Positions 1-16,897 of a stretch of 64,000 nt of DNA are shown piece by piece. Position numbers and translations under genes: made by a program. Location of the stretch: positions 20,730 to 84,729 of the forward strand of contig QPMI01000267.1 of the NCBI GenBank assembly GCA_004431415.1, given 5' to 3'. Below the pieces are notes generated by a model that saw only the letters and a program-made list of their open reading frames with translations, ran no database searches and had not been told where the DNA came from. The first letter of the stretch is position 1. Every line of letters begins with the position of its first letter. This stretch comes from Cyanophora paradoxa CCMP329. Its lineage: Eukaryota > Plantae > Glaucophyta.

Positions 1-3000
1 TCTGCAAATAGCGGGCCCATCTAGGCTTCATTAAGCTAGCCTAGAGTCAGTTGGCTCAGGTCTGCCGCATACACAATTTATGAAAATCGAAATTGCGGCT
101 CGCGCCGAAAAACTTCTCACCGCGGGCCTGCGGCCCGTCCGGATCCATGGCGCCACCGATGTCGCTAAGCGTGATCATCGCCACCGTTTCGCTGTCGTGT
201 CGCTGTCGCTTATAGGTGTGATAAAGGAGCATCGCCAGCGTTTTCAAAGAAGTGAAGCAGAAAGGAAGGAAAGCATTCAGCGGCTCCATCGACGGCGGTT
301 GACCGTACTCGAATGGACTGCGGAAATCACCCGGGATTTCAAGATGCTACCCCAACTCCGCTTGCGGATCCGCGGCACGGCACGGCGAGATCAAGACTAA
401 GGTTGGCGCAAAGAGGGCTGGACGAAGAAATGAATCCAGCTTGCTGCATCAATGTTAATAAACAGCTTTGCAGTTCTCTGAGCCACATGACTGTCTCCAG
501 TCTTCGCAGTATTGTGAGGCTTATTTTTCGTCTTTGCGGTACTGCGGTCGCAATGTGTGTGAGCCGGAGATTTAAAGAACACGCGTAGTAGTTGGTAACA
601 GTTGAGTACGCCACTAGCAACTGCATGCGGAGGTCTTCTAGGATTCTGGATTCCATAACCGTTATCATCACCAACCAGAATCATCATGAAATGAAAAGTT
701 GATCGGGCATGAACGGAAAAGAAAATAGCAAGTAAAGAAACCGAAAAGCAAGTTAGAAGCACCCGTGTGCATGTGCTGCGCATTTTCACCTGACCCTGTA
801 GTTGCCATAAATGTAATGGTATACGGCAAACGACAAGGATAGCTAAAGACTGTATGCCCTGTAGGCTAGCTGCGCGCGAAGTCGATCGCGGCTGCCGGCT
901 TCGGGATTCACGACATCGATATATCGACGATGCTCACGATGCATTCGGCCGCACCAGGAGCAGTTTCAGTTAGGGGTTCTTGCAAATTGGAACATGCAGA
1001 TCATGATATCGAGCCCAGGGCGGTCCGTTCAGCCCGTCAGCGTGTTCTCACATGCTGAATGGAAAGCGCCGGCCACAAGCGGTGCTTGCGATACACTGTA
1101 TATCGCCACTAGGAATGCACCAACACCTGGAGCGATCCGGCTCATTATCATGAGCGCCTCTGCTCTGTGGCTGAGCGCCTCTGCTCTGAGGCTGAGCCCT
1201 CTTAAGGGAGCGCTTTTGTCGACGCCAAATTTATGGCCGAAAGCCCAAGACGTCGACGTGCACAGCCGGCCGTCGGACACCATGGCAACTCCAGGTGCAG
1301 GTTTTTTTTGAAGTTTGGTGTGTCTCGCATTCTTACACACGGTACCCGTCCGGCTCCTACCTCGGCACCGTACCACTCTACAACTGTGAACTGAGAGGCC
1401 GAGGATGTCCTATCTGTGATTCTAACTCGTCCTCCGCACATACTACGGATCCTCCTTCCGCCCCGTATTCCGCTCTTGATTCCGTACCCGGGCTTGTGAA
1501 CTCAGTTCCACATGACCCATGCACGCGCCCACATTGCAGAGCCTTCGGCATGGTGTCACCCATTTGCACGGTCCTAGTTGCTTGCTTGATGGTTCTTACG
1601 CTTGGCGGTGTTGGGACCAGGAGCTCGGTACCCTCACGGGGCCCGAGGTCACAGCTTCAAAGCTGCAAGTCCCAGCACAATTGCCAAGACAAATAAAATT
1701 GTATCGATCGCTTCTTCAAATAGCGGGCCCATCTAGGCTACATTAAGCTAGCCTAGAGTCAGTTGGCTCAGGTCTGCCGCAGTGCTGGCGTGGCCGCTCC
1801 CATACACGAATTATGAAAATCGGAATTGCGGCTCGCGCCGAAAAACTTCTCACCGCGGGCCTGCGGCCCGTCCGGATCCATGGCGCCACCGATGTCCATC
1901 AATGTTAAAGCTTTGCAGTTCTCTGAGCCACATGACTGTCTCCAGTCTTCGCAGTATTGTGAGGCTTATTTTTCGTCTTTGCGGTACTGCGGTCGCAATG
2001 TGTGTGAGCCGGAGATTTAAAGAACACGCGTAGTAGTTGGTAACAGTTGAGTACGCCACTAGCAACTGCATGCGGAGGTCTTCTAGGATTCTGGATTCCA
2101 TAACCGTTATCATCACCAACCAGAATCATCATGAAATGAAAAGTTGATCGGGCATGAACGGAAAAGAAAATAGCAAGTAAAGAAACCGAAAAGCAAGTTA
2201 GAAGCACCCGTGTGCATGTGCTGCGCATTTTCACCTGACCCTGTAGTTGCCATAAATGTAATGGTATACGGCAAACGACAAGGATAGCTAAAGACTGTAT
2301 GCCCTGTAGGCTAGCTGCGCGCGAAGTCGATCGCGGCTGCCGGCTTCGGGATTCACGACATCGATATATCGACGATGCTCACGATGCATTCGGCCGCACC
2401 AGGAGCAGTTTCAGTTAGGGGTTCTTGCAAATTGGAACATGCAGATCATGATATCGAGCCCAGGGCGGTCCGTTCAGCCCGTCAGCGTGTTCTCACATGC
2501 TGAATGGAAAGCGCCGGCCACAAGCGGTGCTTGCGATACACTGTATATCGCCACTAGCAATGCACCAACACCTGGAGCGATCCGGCTCATTATCATGAGC
2601 GCCTCTGCTCTGTGGCTGAGCGCCTCTGCTCTGAGGCTGAGCCCTCTTAAGGGAGCGCTTTTGTCGACGCCAAATTTATGGCCGAAAGCCCAAGACGTCG
2701 ACGTGCACAGCCGGCCGTCGGACACCATGGCAACTCCAGGTGCAGGTTTTTTTTGAAGTTTGGTGTGTCTCGCATTCTTACACACGGTACCCGTCCGGCT
2801 CCTACCTCGGCACCGTACCACTCTACAACTGTGAACTGAGAGGCCGAGGATGTCCTATCTGTGATTCTAACTCGTCCTCCGCACATACTACGGATCCTCC
2901 TTCCGCCCCGTATTCCGCTCTTGATTCCGTACCCGGGCTTGTGAACTCATGATCAGTTCCACATGACCCATGCACGCGCCCACATTGCAGAGCCTTCGGC

Positions 3001-6000
3001 ATGGTGTCACCCATTTGCACGGTCCTAGTTGCTTGCTTGATGGTTCTTACGCTTGGCGGTGTTGGGACCAGGAGCTCGGTACCCCTCACGGGGCCCGAGG
3101 TCACAGCTTCAAAGCTGCAAGTCCCAGCACAATTGCCAAGACAAATAAAATTGTATCGATCGCTTCTTCAAATAGCGGGCCCATCTAGGCTACATTAAGC
3201 TAGCCTAGAGTCAGTTGGCTCAGGTCTGCCGCAGTGCTGGCGTGGCCGCTCCCATACACGAATTATGAAAATCGGAATTGCGGCTCGCGCCGAAAAACTT
3301 CTCACCGCGGGCCTGCGGCCCGTCCGGATCCATGGCGCCACCGATGTCCATCAATGTTAAAGCTTTGCAGTTCTCTGAGCCACATGACTGTCTCCAGTCT
3401 TCGCAGTATTGTGAGGCTTATTTTTCGTCTTTGCGGTACTGCGGTCGCAATGTGTGTGAGCCGGAGATTTAAAGAACACGCGTAGTAGTTGGTAACAGTT
3501 GAGTACGCCACTAGCAACTGCATGCGGAGGTCTTCTAGGATTCTGGATTCCATAACCGTTATCATCACCAACCAGAATCATCATGAAATGAAAAGTTGAT
3601 CGGGCATGAACGGAAAAGAAAATAGCAAGTAAAGAAACCGAAAAGCAAGTTAGAAGCACCCGTGTGCATGTGCTGCGCATTTTCACCTGACCCTGTAGTT
3701 GCCATAAATGTAATGGTATACGGCAAACGACAAGGATAGCTAAAGACTGTATGCCCTGTAGGCTAGCTGCGCGCGAAGTCGATCGCGGCTGCCGGCTTCG
3801 GGATTCACGACATCGATATATCGACGATGCTCACGATGCATTCGGCCGCACCAGGAGCAGTTTCAGTTAGGGGTTCTTGCAAATTGGAACATGCAGATCA
3901 TGATATCGAGCCCAGGGCGGTCCGTTCAGCCCGTCAGCGTGTTCTCACATGCTGAATGGAAAGCGCCGGCCACAAGCGGTGCTTGCGATACACTGTATAT
4001 CGCCACTAGGAATGCACCAACACCTGGAGCGATCCGGCTCATTATCATGAGCGCCTCTGCTCTGTGGCTGAGCGCCTCTGCTCTGAGGCTGAGCCCTCTT
4101 AAGGGAGCGCTTTTGTCGACGCCAAATTTATGGCCGAAGGCCCAAGACGTCGACGTGCACAGCCGGCCGTCGGACACCATGGCAACTCCAGGTGCAGGTT
4201 TTTTTTGAAGTTTGGTGTGTCTCGCATTCTTACACACGGTACCCGTCCGGCTCCTACCTCGGCACCGTACCACTCTACAACTGTGAACTGAGAGGCCGAG
4301 GATGTCCTATCTGTGATTCTAACTCGTCCTCCGCACATACTACGGATCCTCCTTCCGCCCCGTATTCCGCTCTTGATTCCGTACCCGGGCTTGTGAACTC
4401 AGTTCCACATGACCCATGCACGCGCCCACATTGCAGAGCCTTCGGCATGGTGTCACCCATTTGCACGGTCCTAGTTGCTTGCTTGATGGTTCTTACGCTT
4501 GGCGGTGTTGGGACCAGGAGCTCGGTACCCCTCACGGGGCCCGAGGTCACAGCTTCAAAGCTGCAAGTCCCAGCACAATTGCCAAGACAAATAAAATTGT
4601 ATCGATCGCTTCTTCAAATAGCGGGCCCATCTAGGCTACATTAAGCTAGCCTAGAGTCAGTTGGCTCAGGTCTGCCGCAGTGCTGGCGTGGCCGCTCCCA
4701 TACACGAATTATGAAAATCGGAATTGCGGCTCGCGCCGAAAAACTTCTCACCGCGGGCCTGCGGCCCGTCCGGATCCATGGCGCCACCGATGTCCATCAA
4801 TGTTAAAGCTTTGCAGTTCTCTGAGCCACATGACTGTCTCCAGTCTTCGCAGTATTGTGAGGCTTATTTTTCGTCTTTGCGGTACTGCGGTCGCAATGTG
4901 TGTGAGCCGGAGATTTAAAGAACACGCGTAGTAGTTGGTAACAGTTGAGTACGCCACTAGCAACTGCATGCGGAGGTCTTCTAGGATTCTGGATTCCATA
5001 ACCGTTATCATCACCAACCAGAATCATCATGAAATGAAAAGTTGATCGGGCATGAACGGAAAAGAAAATAGCAAGTAAAGAAACCGAAAAGCAAGTTAGA
5101 AGCACCCGTGTGCATGTGCTGCGCATTTTCACCTGACCCTGTAGTTGCCATAAATGTAATGGTATACGGCAAACGACAAGGATAGCTAAAGACTGTATGC
5201 CCTGTAGGCTAGCTGCGCGCGAAGTCGATCGCGGCTGCCGGCTTCGGGATTCACGACATCGATATATCGACGATGCTCACGATGCATTCGGCCGCACCAG
5301 GAGCAGTTTCAGTTAGGGGTTCTTGCAAATTGGAACATGCAGATCATGATATCGAGCCCAGGGCGGTCCGTTCAGCCCGTCAGCGTGTTCTCACATGCTG
5401 AATGGAAAGCGCCGGCCACAAGCGGTGCTTGCGATACACTGTATATCGCCACTAGGAATGCACCAACACCTGGAGCGATCCGGCTCATTATCATGAGCGC
5501 CTCTGCTCTGTGGCTGAGCGCCTCTGCTCTGAGGCTGAGCCCTCTTAAGGGAGCGCTTTTGTCGACGCCAAATTTATGGCCGAAGGCCCAAGACGTCGAC
5601 GTGCACAGCCGGCCGTCGGACACCATGGCAACTCCAGGTGCAGGTTTTTTTGAAGTTTGGTGTGTCTCGCATTCTTACACACGGTACCCGTCCGGCTCCT
5701 ACCTCGGCACCGTACCACTCTACAACTGTGAACTGAGAGGCCGAGGATGTCCTATCTGTGATTCTAACTCGTCCTCCGCACATACTACGGATCCTCCTTC
5801 CGCCCCGTATTCCGCTCTTGATTCCGTACCCGGGCTTGTGAACTCAGTTCCACATGACCCATGCACGCGCCCACATTGCAGAGCCTTCGGCATGGTGTCA
5901 CCCATTTGCACGGTCCTAGTTGCTTGCTTGATGGTTCTTACGCTTGGCGGTGTTGGGACCAGGAGCTCGGTACCCCTCACGGGCCCGAGGTCACAGCTTC

Positions 6001-7546
6001 AAAGCTGCAAGTCCCAGCACAATTGCCAAGACAAATAAAATTGTATCGATCGCTTCTTCAAATAGCGGGCCCATCTAGGCTACATTAAGCTAGCCTAGAG
6101 TCAGTTGGCTCAGGTCTGCCGCAGTGCTGGCGTGGCCGCTCCCATACACGAATTATGAAAATCGGAATTGCGGCTCGCGCCGAAAAACTTCTCACCGCGG
6201 GCCTGCGGCCCGTCCGGATCCATGGCGCCACCGATGTCCATCAATGTTAAAGCTTTGCAGTTCTCTGAGCCACATGACTGTCTCCAGTCTTCGCAGTATT
6301 GTGAGGCTTATTTTTCGTCTTTGCGGTACTGCGGTCGCAATGTGTGTGAGCCGGAGATTTAAAGAACACGCGTAGTAGTTGGTAACAGTTGAGTACGCCA
6401 CTAGCAACTGCATGCGGAGGTCTTCTAGGATTCTGGATTCCATAACCGTTATCATCACCAACCAGAATCATCATGAAATGAAAAGTTGATCGGGCATGAA
6501 CGGAAAAGAAAATAGCAAGTAAAGAAACCGAAAAGCAAGTTAGAAGCACCCGTGTGCATGTGCTGCGCATTTTCACCTGACCCTGTAGTTGCCATAAATG
6601 TAATGGTATACGGCAAACGACAAGGATAGCTAAAGACTGTATGCCCTGTAGGCTAGCTGCGCGCGAAGTCGATCGCGGCTGCCGGCTTCGGGATTCACGA
6701 CATCGATATATCGACGATGCTCACGATGCATTCGGCCGCACCAGGAGCAGTTTCAGTTAGGGGTTCTTGCAAATTGGAACATGCAGATCATGATATCGAG
6801 CCCAGGGCGGTCCGTTCAGCCCGTCAGCCGCTGAGCGTGTTCTCACATGCTGAATGGAAAGCGCCGGCCACAAGCGGTGCTTGCGATACACTGTATATCG
6901 CCACTAGGAATGCACCAACACCTGGAGCGATCCGGCTCATTATCATGAGCGCCTCTGCTCTGTGGCTGAGCGCCTCTGCTCTGAGGCTGAGCCCTCTTAA
7001 GGGAGCGCTTTTGTCGACGCCAAATTTATGGCCGAAGGCCCAAGACGTCGACGTGCACAGCCGGCCGTCGGACACCATGGCAACTCCAGGTGCAGGTTTT
7101 TTTTGAAGTTTGGTGTGTCTCGCATTCTTACACACGGTACCCGTCCGGCTCCTACCTCGGCACCGTACCACTCTACAACTGTGAACTGAGAGGCCGAGGA
7201 TGTCCTATCTGTGATTCTAACTCGTCCTCCGCACATACTACGGATCCTCCTTCCGCCCCGTATTCCGCTCTTGATTCCGTACCCGGGCTTGTGACCTCAG
7301 TTCCACATGACCCATGCACGCGCCCACATTGCAGAGCCTTCGGCATGGTGTCACCCAGTTGCACGGTCCTAGTTGCTTGCTTGATGGTTCTTACGCTTGG
7401 CCGTGTTGGGACCAGGAGCTCGGTACCACTCACGGGGCCCGAGGTCACAGCTTCAAAGCTGCAAGTCCCAGCACAATTGCCAAGACAAATTAAATTAAAT
7501 CGATCGCTTCTTCAAATAGCGGGCTCATCTAGGCTACATTAAGCTA
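1..7546. repeat. Tandem array of ~1445-1452 bp units (5 near-identical copies plus a diverged partial copy at the window start)
   Basis: The marker CATCAATGTTAA recurs at ~447, 1897, 3349, 4795 and 6239, and the same short ORFs recur every ~1445 bp. GC is much lower than in the genes. No recognisable protein motif. Confidence 0.97.
1124..1309 (+). ncRNA. Candidate structured RNA (or degenerate MITE) inside each tandem unit, ending in a T8 run
   Basis: Nested inverted repeats CACCTGGAG 1124-1132 / CTCCAGGTG 1289-1297, CCGGCT / AGCCGG and GTCGACG / CGTCGAC, small hairpins, then T8 at 1302-1309. No family recognised. Confidence 0.25.
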
Positions 7547-9341
7547 AGCGTGATCATCGTGAAGGGGCGGCTGGCGCGCTGTTGCGGCGGCGCGGAATGG
7601 GTGTCGAGTTGGCGTCGCCGGCCATTCCGTAGGTGATCCGACGCACTCGCGTCATTCAGGAGGATGCGCCGCAGCTGTAAAGTTAGATGATCGGCGGAAG
7701 CTTTCAATTTAAGTGATCGCTCGTTCCGCTTCTCTCATCCTCGCTGTCGAGTCAGTTCTTTTCCAAATGCAGCGAAGCGAAGGCCTTTCCGTCGGCTTTT
7801 GCATGTCAGGCTCAGTTCCTTTCAAATGAGGGCGGAATTCCTCGACAAGAGGGTGCAGGTATTTGGGCGCCTTCCTCGTTTGCCGTAGTATACGAATACG
7901 TCCCTCGGCCTCTCTTCCCGTTTGTAAACAGGGCGTAAAAAAGTGCAAACGTACCTCAGCCTTGGGAGTAAGCCCCGTGAGAACTTTAGCTCAGCCTTGG
8001 GGAGGGGAGCAAGCGTAGCTCAGTGTATTTCAAATGAGAACCTTCTCTAATCGTTAGTCGATCCTTTAGAGATAGGAATTCCGTTTCAAAAGCCGGGCGG
8101 GACGGCTGTGGTGGCGGCCGTGGTCAGAGACGCGGGCCCCGCCGGGGCACATGCGCAGGCGGGGCTGGCACTGGACGCGGCGCTGGCGGCAAGCGCACAA
8201 CAGAGGCACCAGACTCCGGGGATGCGTTCTTCTTCAAACGCCCACGGGTCCTCGCCCCGTTCAACTCCCCTGTGCCGGCCTGGGGCCTGTGGGGCGTGAT
8301 CGCCGGGGTCCCAGTGCAGTCCGGCGCCTGGGTCCCAGTTGGCAGCCGGGCCTCAGGGGCGCGGCCGCGGCTGAGACTGCGTCGGTGGCTCGCACAGCGA
8401 CCAGCGCCGGCAGTCAATGCTGCAGGAGCAAGTTGTATGGGCGGACCTTGCTCTGTATACAACGTAGGTATACACTTAAGGCTTATACGTAGCTATGGGG
8501 GGTTTGAATTCCTTACACGTGCTCGGCCTTGCGCATGCACATGCACGGAGTGCCCCGGACTCGAGCTCGGGATATCGATATCGATATCGATAGTCCCTGC
8601 TCGCTGCCACGTATACGTATACGTACATACAGTGCCACGGTGACGGCGTCAAGTGTGCGTTTTATAAATAAAAAGGCCTAGCTATAGGGGTCACCGTCAG
8701 GCGGCTCGAGCTCGCCGATCGATATCACGAGCGGCGGATCGAATTCCGGCCTCGGCGGCCGGCCTCGTCGCTGGCCATTCGAATTCCGTAGGAGATTCAG
8801 GAGCGCGCGCGTCATGGGATATCGATTGCTTCCGGCTGGCCGCAATGTTGGCCGGCTTAATGGCCGGCAGCGTTAGTGAACGCGTACGCGCGTACGCGCG
8901 CGCGGCAGTAGCCTTGGCGTACGCGTTGCATATATATACTTGGCTCTGGATCGATATCCCGGAGCTCATCGCATCGGCCGCCGGGCGCTTTCTCATTTAA
9001 TTTAGCTATAGTAATTTCCGATCGCGAAGTTCGAATTCGTTCCTCTATATATAGCTATAGCTAGATCTCAGAGTCTCCTCATGATCATGATTATGATCAT
9101 ATGCATCTAGCCTAGTAGATCTCGATCGCGAGCTCCTGGCAGTACTAGTCGAGTTGCTAGATGGCGGTTCTTTTCCACATATATGCATGGCCATGGTAGT
9201 GGTGACAAATCCTAGCTATATAGGCGACCGCGGGCCGGTGATGGTGTACATGTTGTACACATATGTCATGATCAAGTGTGTGTAGGGGTAGAGCTCACTT
9301 CGTTCGCACAGTTCGCTCTTCAGTTCGCGAGCCCGGAAGCA

Positions 9342-10397
9342 ATGGTCGACTATCTTGAGAAGTTCGCCGTCACCCACAAGCTCGAGGTTGCCGTGAACGA
9401 GCTCCTCCGCTCCAGGCCCCAGGACCCGTGCGTCGCCCGAATCCGCCGCTTCCTGGGCCGCGCTGGCTGAGCTGGAGGCCAGGTTCGAGTTTCTCGCCCA
9501 CCGCATCGCCAAGATGTCCGTCGAGCACCCTCAGGGCGTGCGCGCTGCCACTCCAGCGCTGATTCCAGGATGACCGCCTGACGTGCCACGAGCAGATCAT
9601 CCCGCAGCTCAGCGACTCCGCGAAGAAGTCGCTCGGCGCTGAGATGGTGCGCGCGTGGCCAGCGACCGGCGCCGCTCGCGATCAACCATCTCGCAGGCGC
9701 ACATGTTCGGCTACCGCATGTCGATGGAGGAGGGCTTCGGTGGGCTCCTCGCCCTTCTATTCATTCCTTTCGCTGACTGTCTCGCAGCCAAGGCGCGCGC
9801 CGGCGGCAAGCAGGACGAGAAGCCGGCGAAGGAGGACAAGAAGCCAGAGCCCGCCAAGCCGGCTCCGGCCCCGGCCCCGGCCGCCGCTGATGACGACGAC
9901 GTTGACCTCTTCGGTGCGGCGCCTCGCGCGGCCCATGGGGCGCGCGTCGTGACCTGTGGGGCGCAGCGGACGAGACCCCCGAGGAGGAGGCGGCGCGCGA
10001 GGCGCGGCTGAAGGCGATCGCGGACGCGAACAAGAAGGTGAAGAAGGCGGTCATCGCCAAGTCCTCCCTCCTCATCGACGTCAAGCCGTGGGACGACACC
10101 ACCGGTGCGCCCCGCCTACTTCGCGTCGCTCCGCCTCGCCTCTTCGCGCCGCCCGCTCACGCGCGCCGGCGCGCTGCAGACATGAAGAAGCTGGAGGAGT
10201 GCGTGCGGAGCATCCAGATGGACGGGCTCGTGTGGGGCCAGAGCAAGCTGGTGCCGGTCGCGTTCGGCGTGAAGAAGCTGCAGATCAACGCGGTCATCGA
10301 GGACGACAAGGTCTCGACCGACGAGCTCGAGGAGCAGATCGTTGCCTTCGAGGACTACGTCCAGTCCTTCGACATCGCCGCCTTCAACAAGATCTAG
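9342..10397 (+). CDS. EEF1B: Translation elongation factor 1B beta/delta-type GEF subunit, 7 exons, with N-terminal RIIa/Dpy-30-like motif
   Basis: Spliced by hand over six GT-AG introns: DDDDVDLF(A)[10 protein letters not shown] acidic region, [36 protein letters not shown]...KKLQI...DDKVS, ending FDIAAFNKI*, the hallmark EF1B GEF domain. Confidence 0.95.
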
Positions 10398-10629
10398 GCG
10401 CCCCGCCCCCTCCCTCCTCCACGGCGCCCCGTGTTCTATGCAGCTCGGTGCCCGTTTGCTTCTTTCCGCGGTCTGCATATGCGCACGGCGGGCAGCGTGG
10501 TGGTCGTCGGTCGGTTCGATAAGCATTCAATAAGGGAGCCGCTGAGCTTGTTGTTACGTGCGGGGCGGGCTGGGGCTCGCCGCCGCAGCAGACGCACTTG
10601 CTCCGGGCCCTCGGGGAAGGGGAAGACTT

Positions 10630-16109
<5,480 letters not shown>

Positions 16110-16897
16110 CAGCTCCCGTGTACAAACGCTGCCCCGACTTCGATCCCCGCGACCGCCACATGGGCCGGCACCCCACGGGCCTCAATTTAAAGATACAAAA
16201 ACCCCTCCTTTCCGGGAGCCCGGCGGCCCTCGAGGGGAACCCTGAGCCCTATTGATCATGAGTTAGAGAAAGGGGGGCGCTCGGCGGCTATGAATTTCAA
16301 TGCGAGTGACAAGTTCCGAGTTCGAAGTATACGTAGGATCACATGTACATGGAGCTATAGTGACTCATGATCAGTGAACATATAGCATGAAGTGAATCCT
16401 ATATAGCTAAACATATATAAGCCCGAGCTCGAGCTCGAGGAGGCCGGGGGAGGGGGGGGCCGGCCGCGGGGGGCGGAGGCGCATGGGGCGCTATATATAT
16501 ATAGTTACCCCATTTATTATTATAAATTCATGCATGCGCACTAGCTCGATCCGGATCCCTGCGCATGCGATATCGATATCGATATCGATCGATATACTCG
16601 AGCTCGAGCTCGATTGAGAGCTCGGCCGTGTGCGCGCGCGCGGGGCCGGGCCGGCACCGGCGCCAGCTAGCCCCCGCGAAATTCAAGCTAATTATAAAAA
16701 GGACAGCGCCCCATGCGCATGCATATGCAGAACCTATATAAGCTATATATATATAGGCTAGATCTAGAGGGACTGATCGACGGGGCTATAAATTGAAATT
16801 CCCGCTGGGGATCGCCCATTCGAAGTTCGATCGCCCGCCGCCGACCTACCGCACCCGTTACAATTATCTCAGGGCCCGCGCGCGCGCTCACGCCACC

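Noticed and set aside
1000-1500. Hammerhead ribozyme / retrozyme in the tandem unit
   Set aside because: No CTGANGA...GAAA core in the right arrangement on either strand.
1708-1716. ATCGCTTCT resembling the 5' end of U2 snRNA
   Set aside because: Only 9 nt match; no GTAGTA branch-recognition sequence or Sm site follows.
1732-1757. Hairpin plus CTAG as a Helitron 3' end
   Set aside because: The CTAG is part of the stem rather than ~10 nt downstream of it, and no TC start or A/T insertion site is evident.
56-7542. Recurring 60-230 aa ORFs in the tandem array
   Set aside because: No motifs, host-unlike codon use, and copy-specific indels break them freely.
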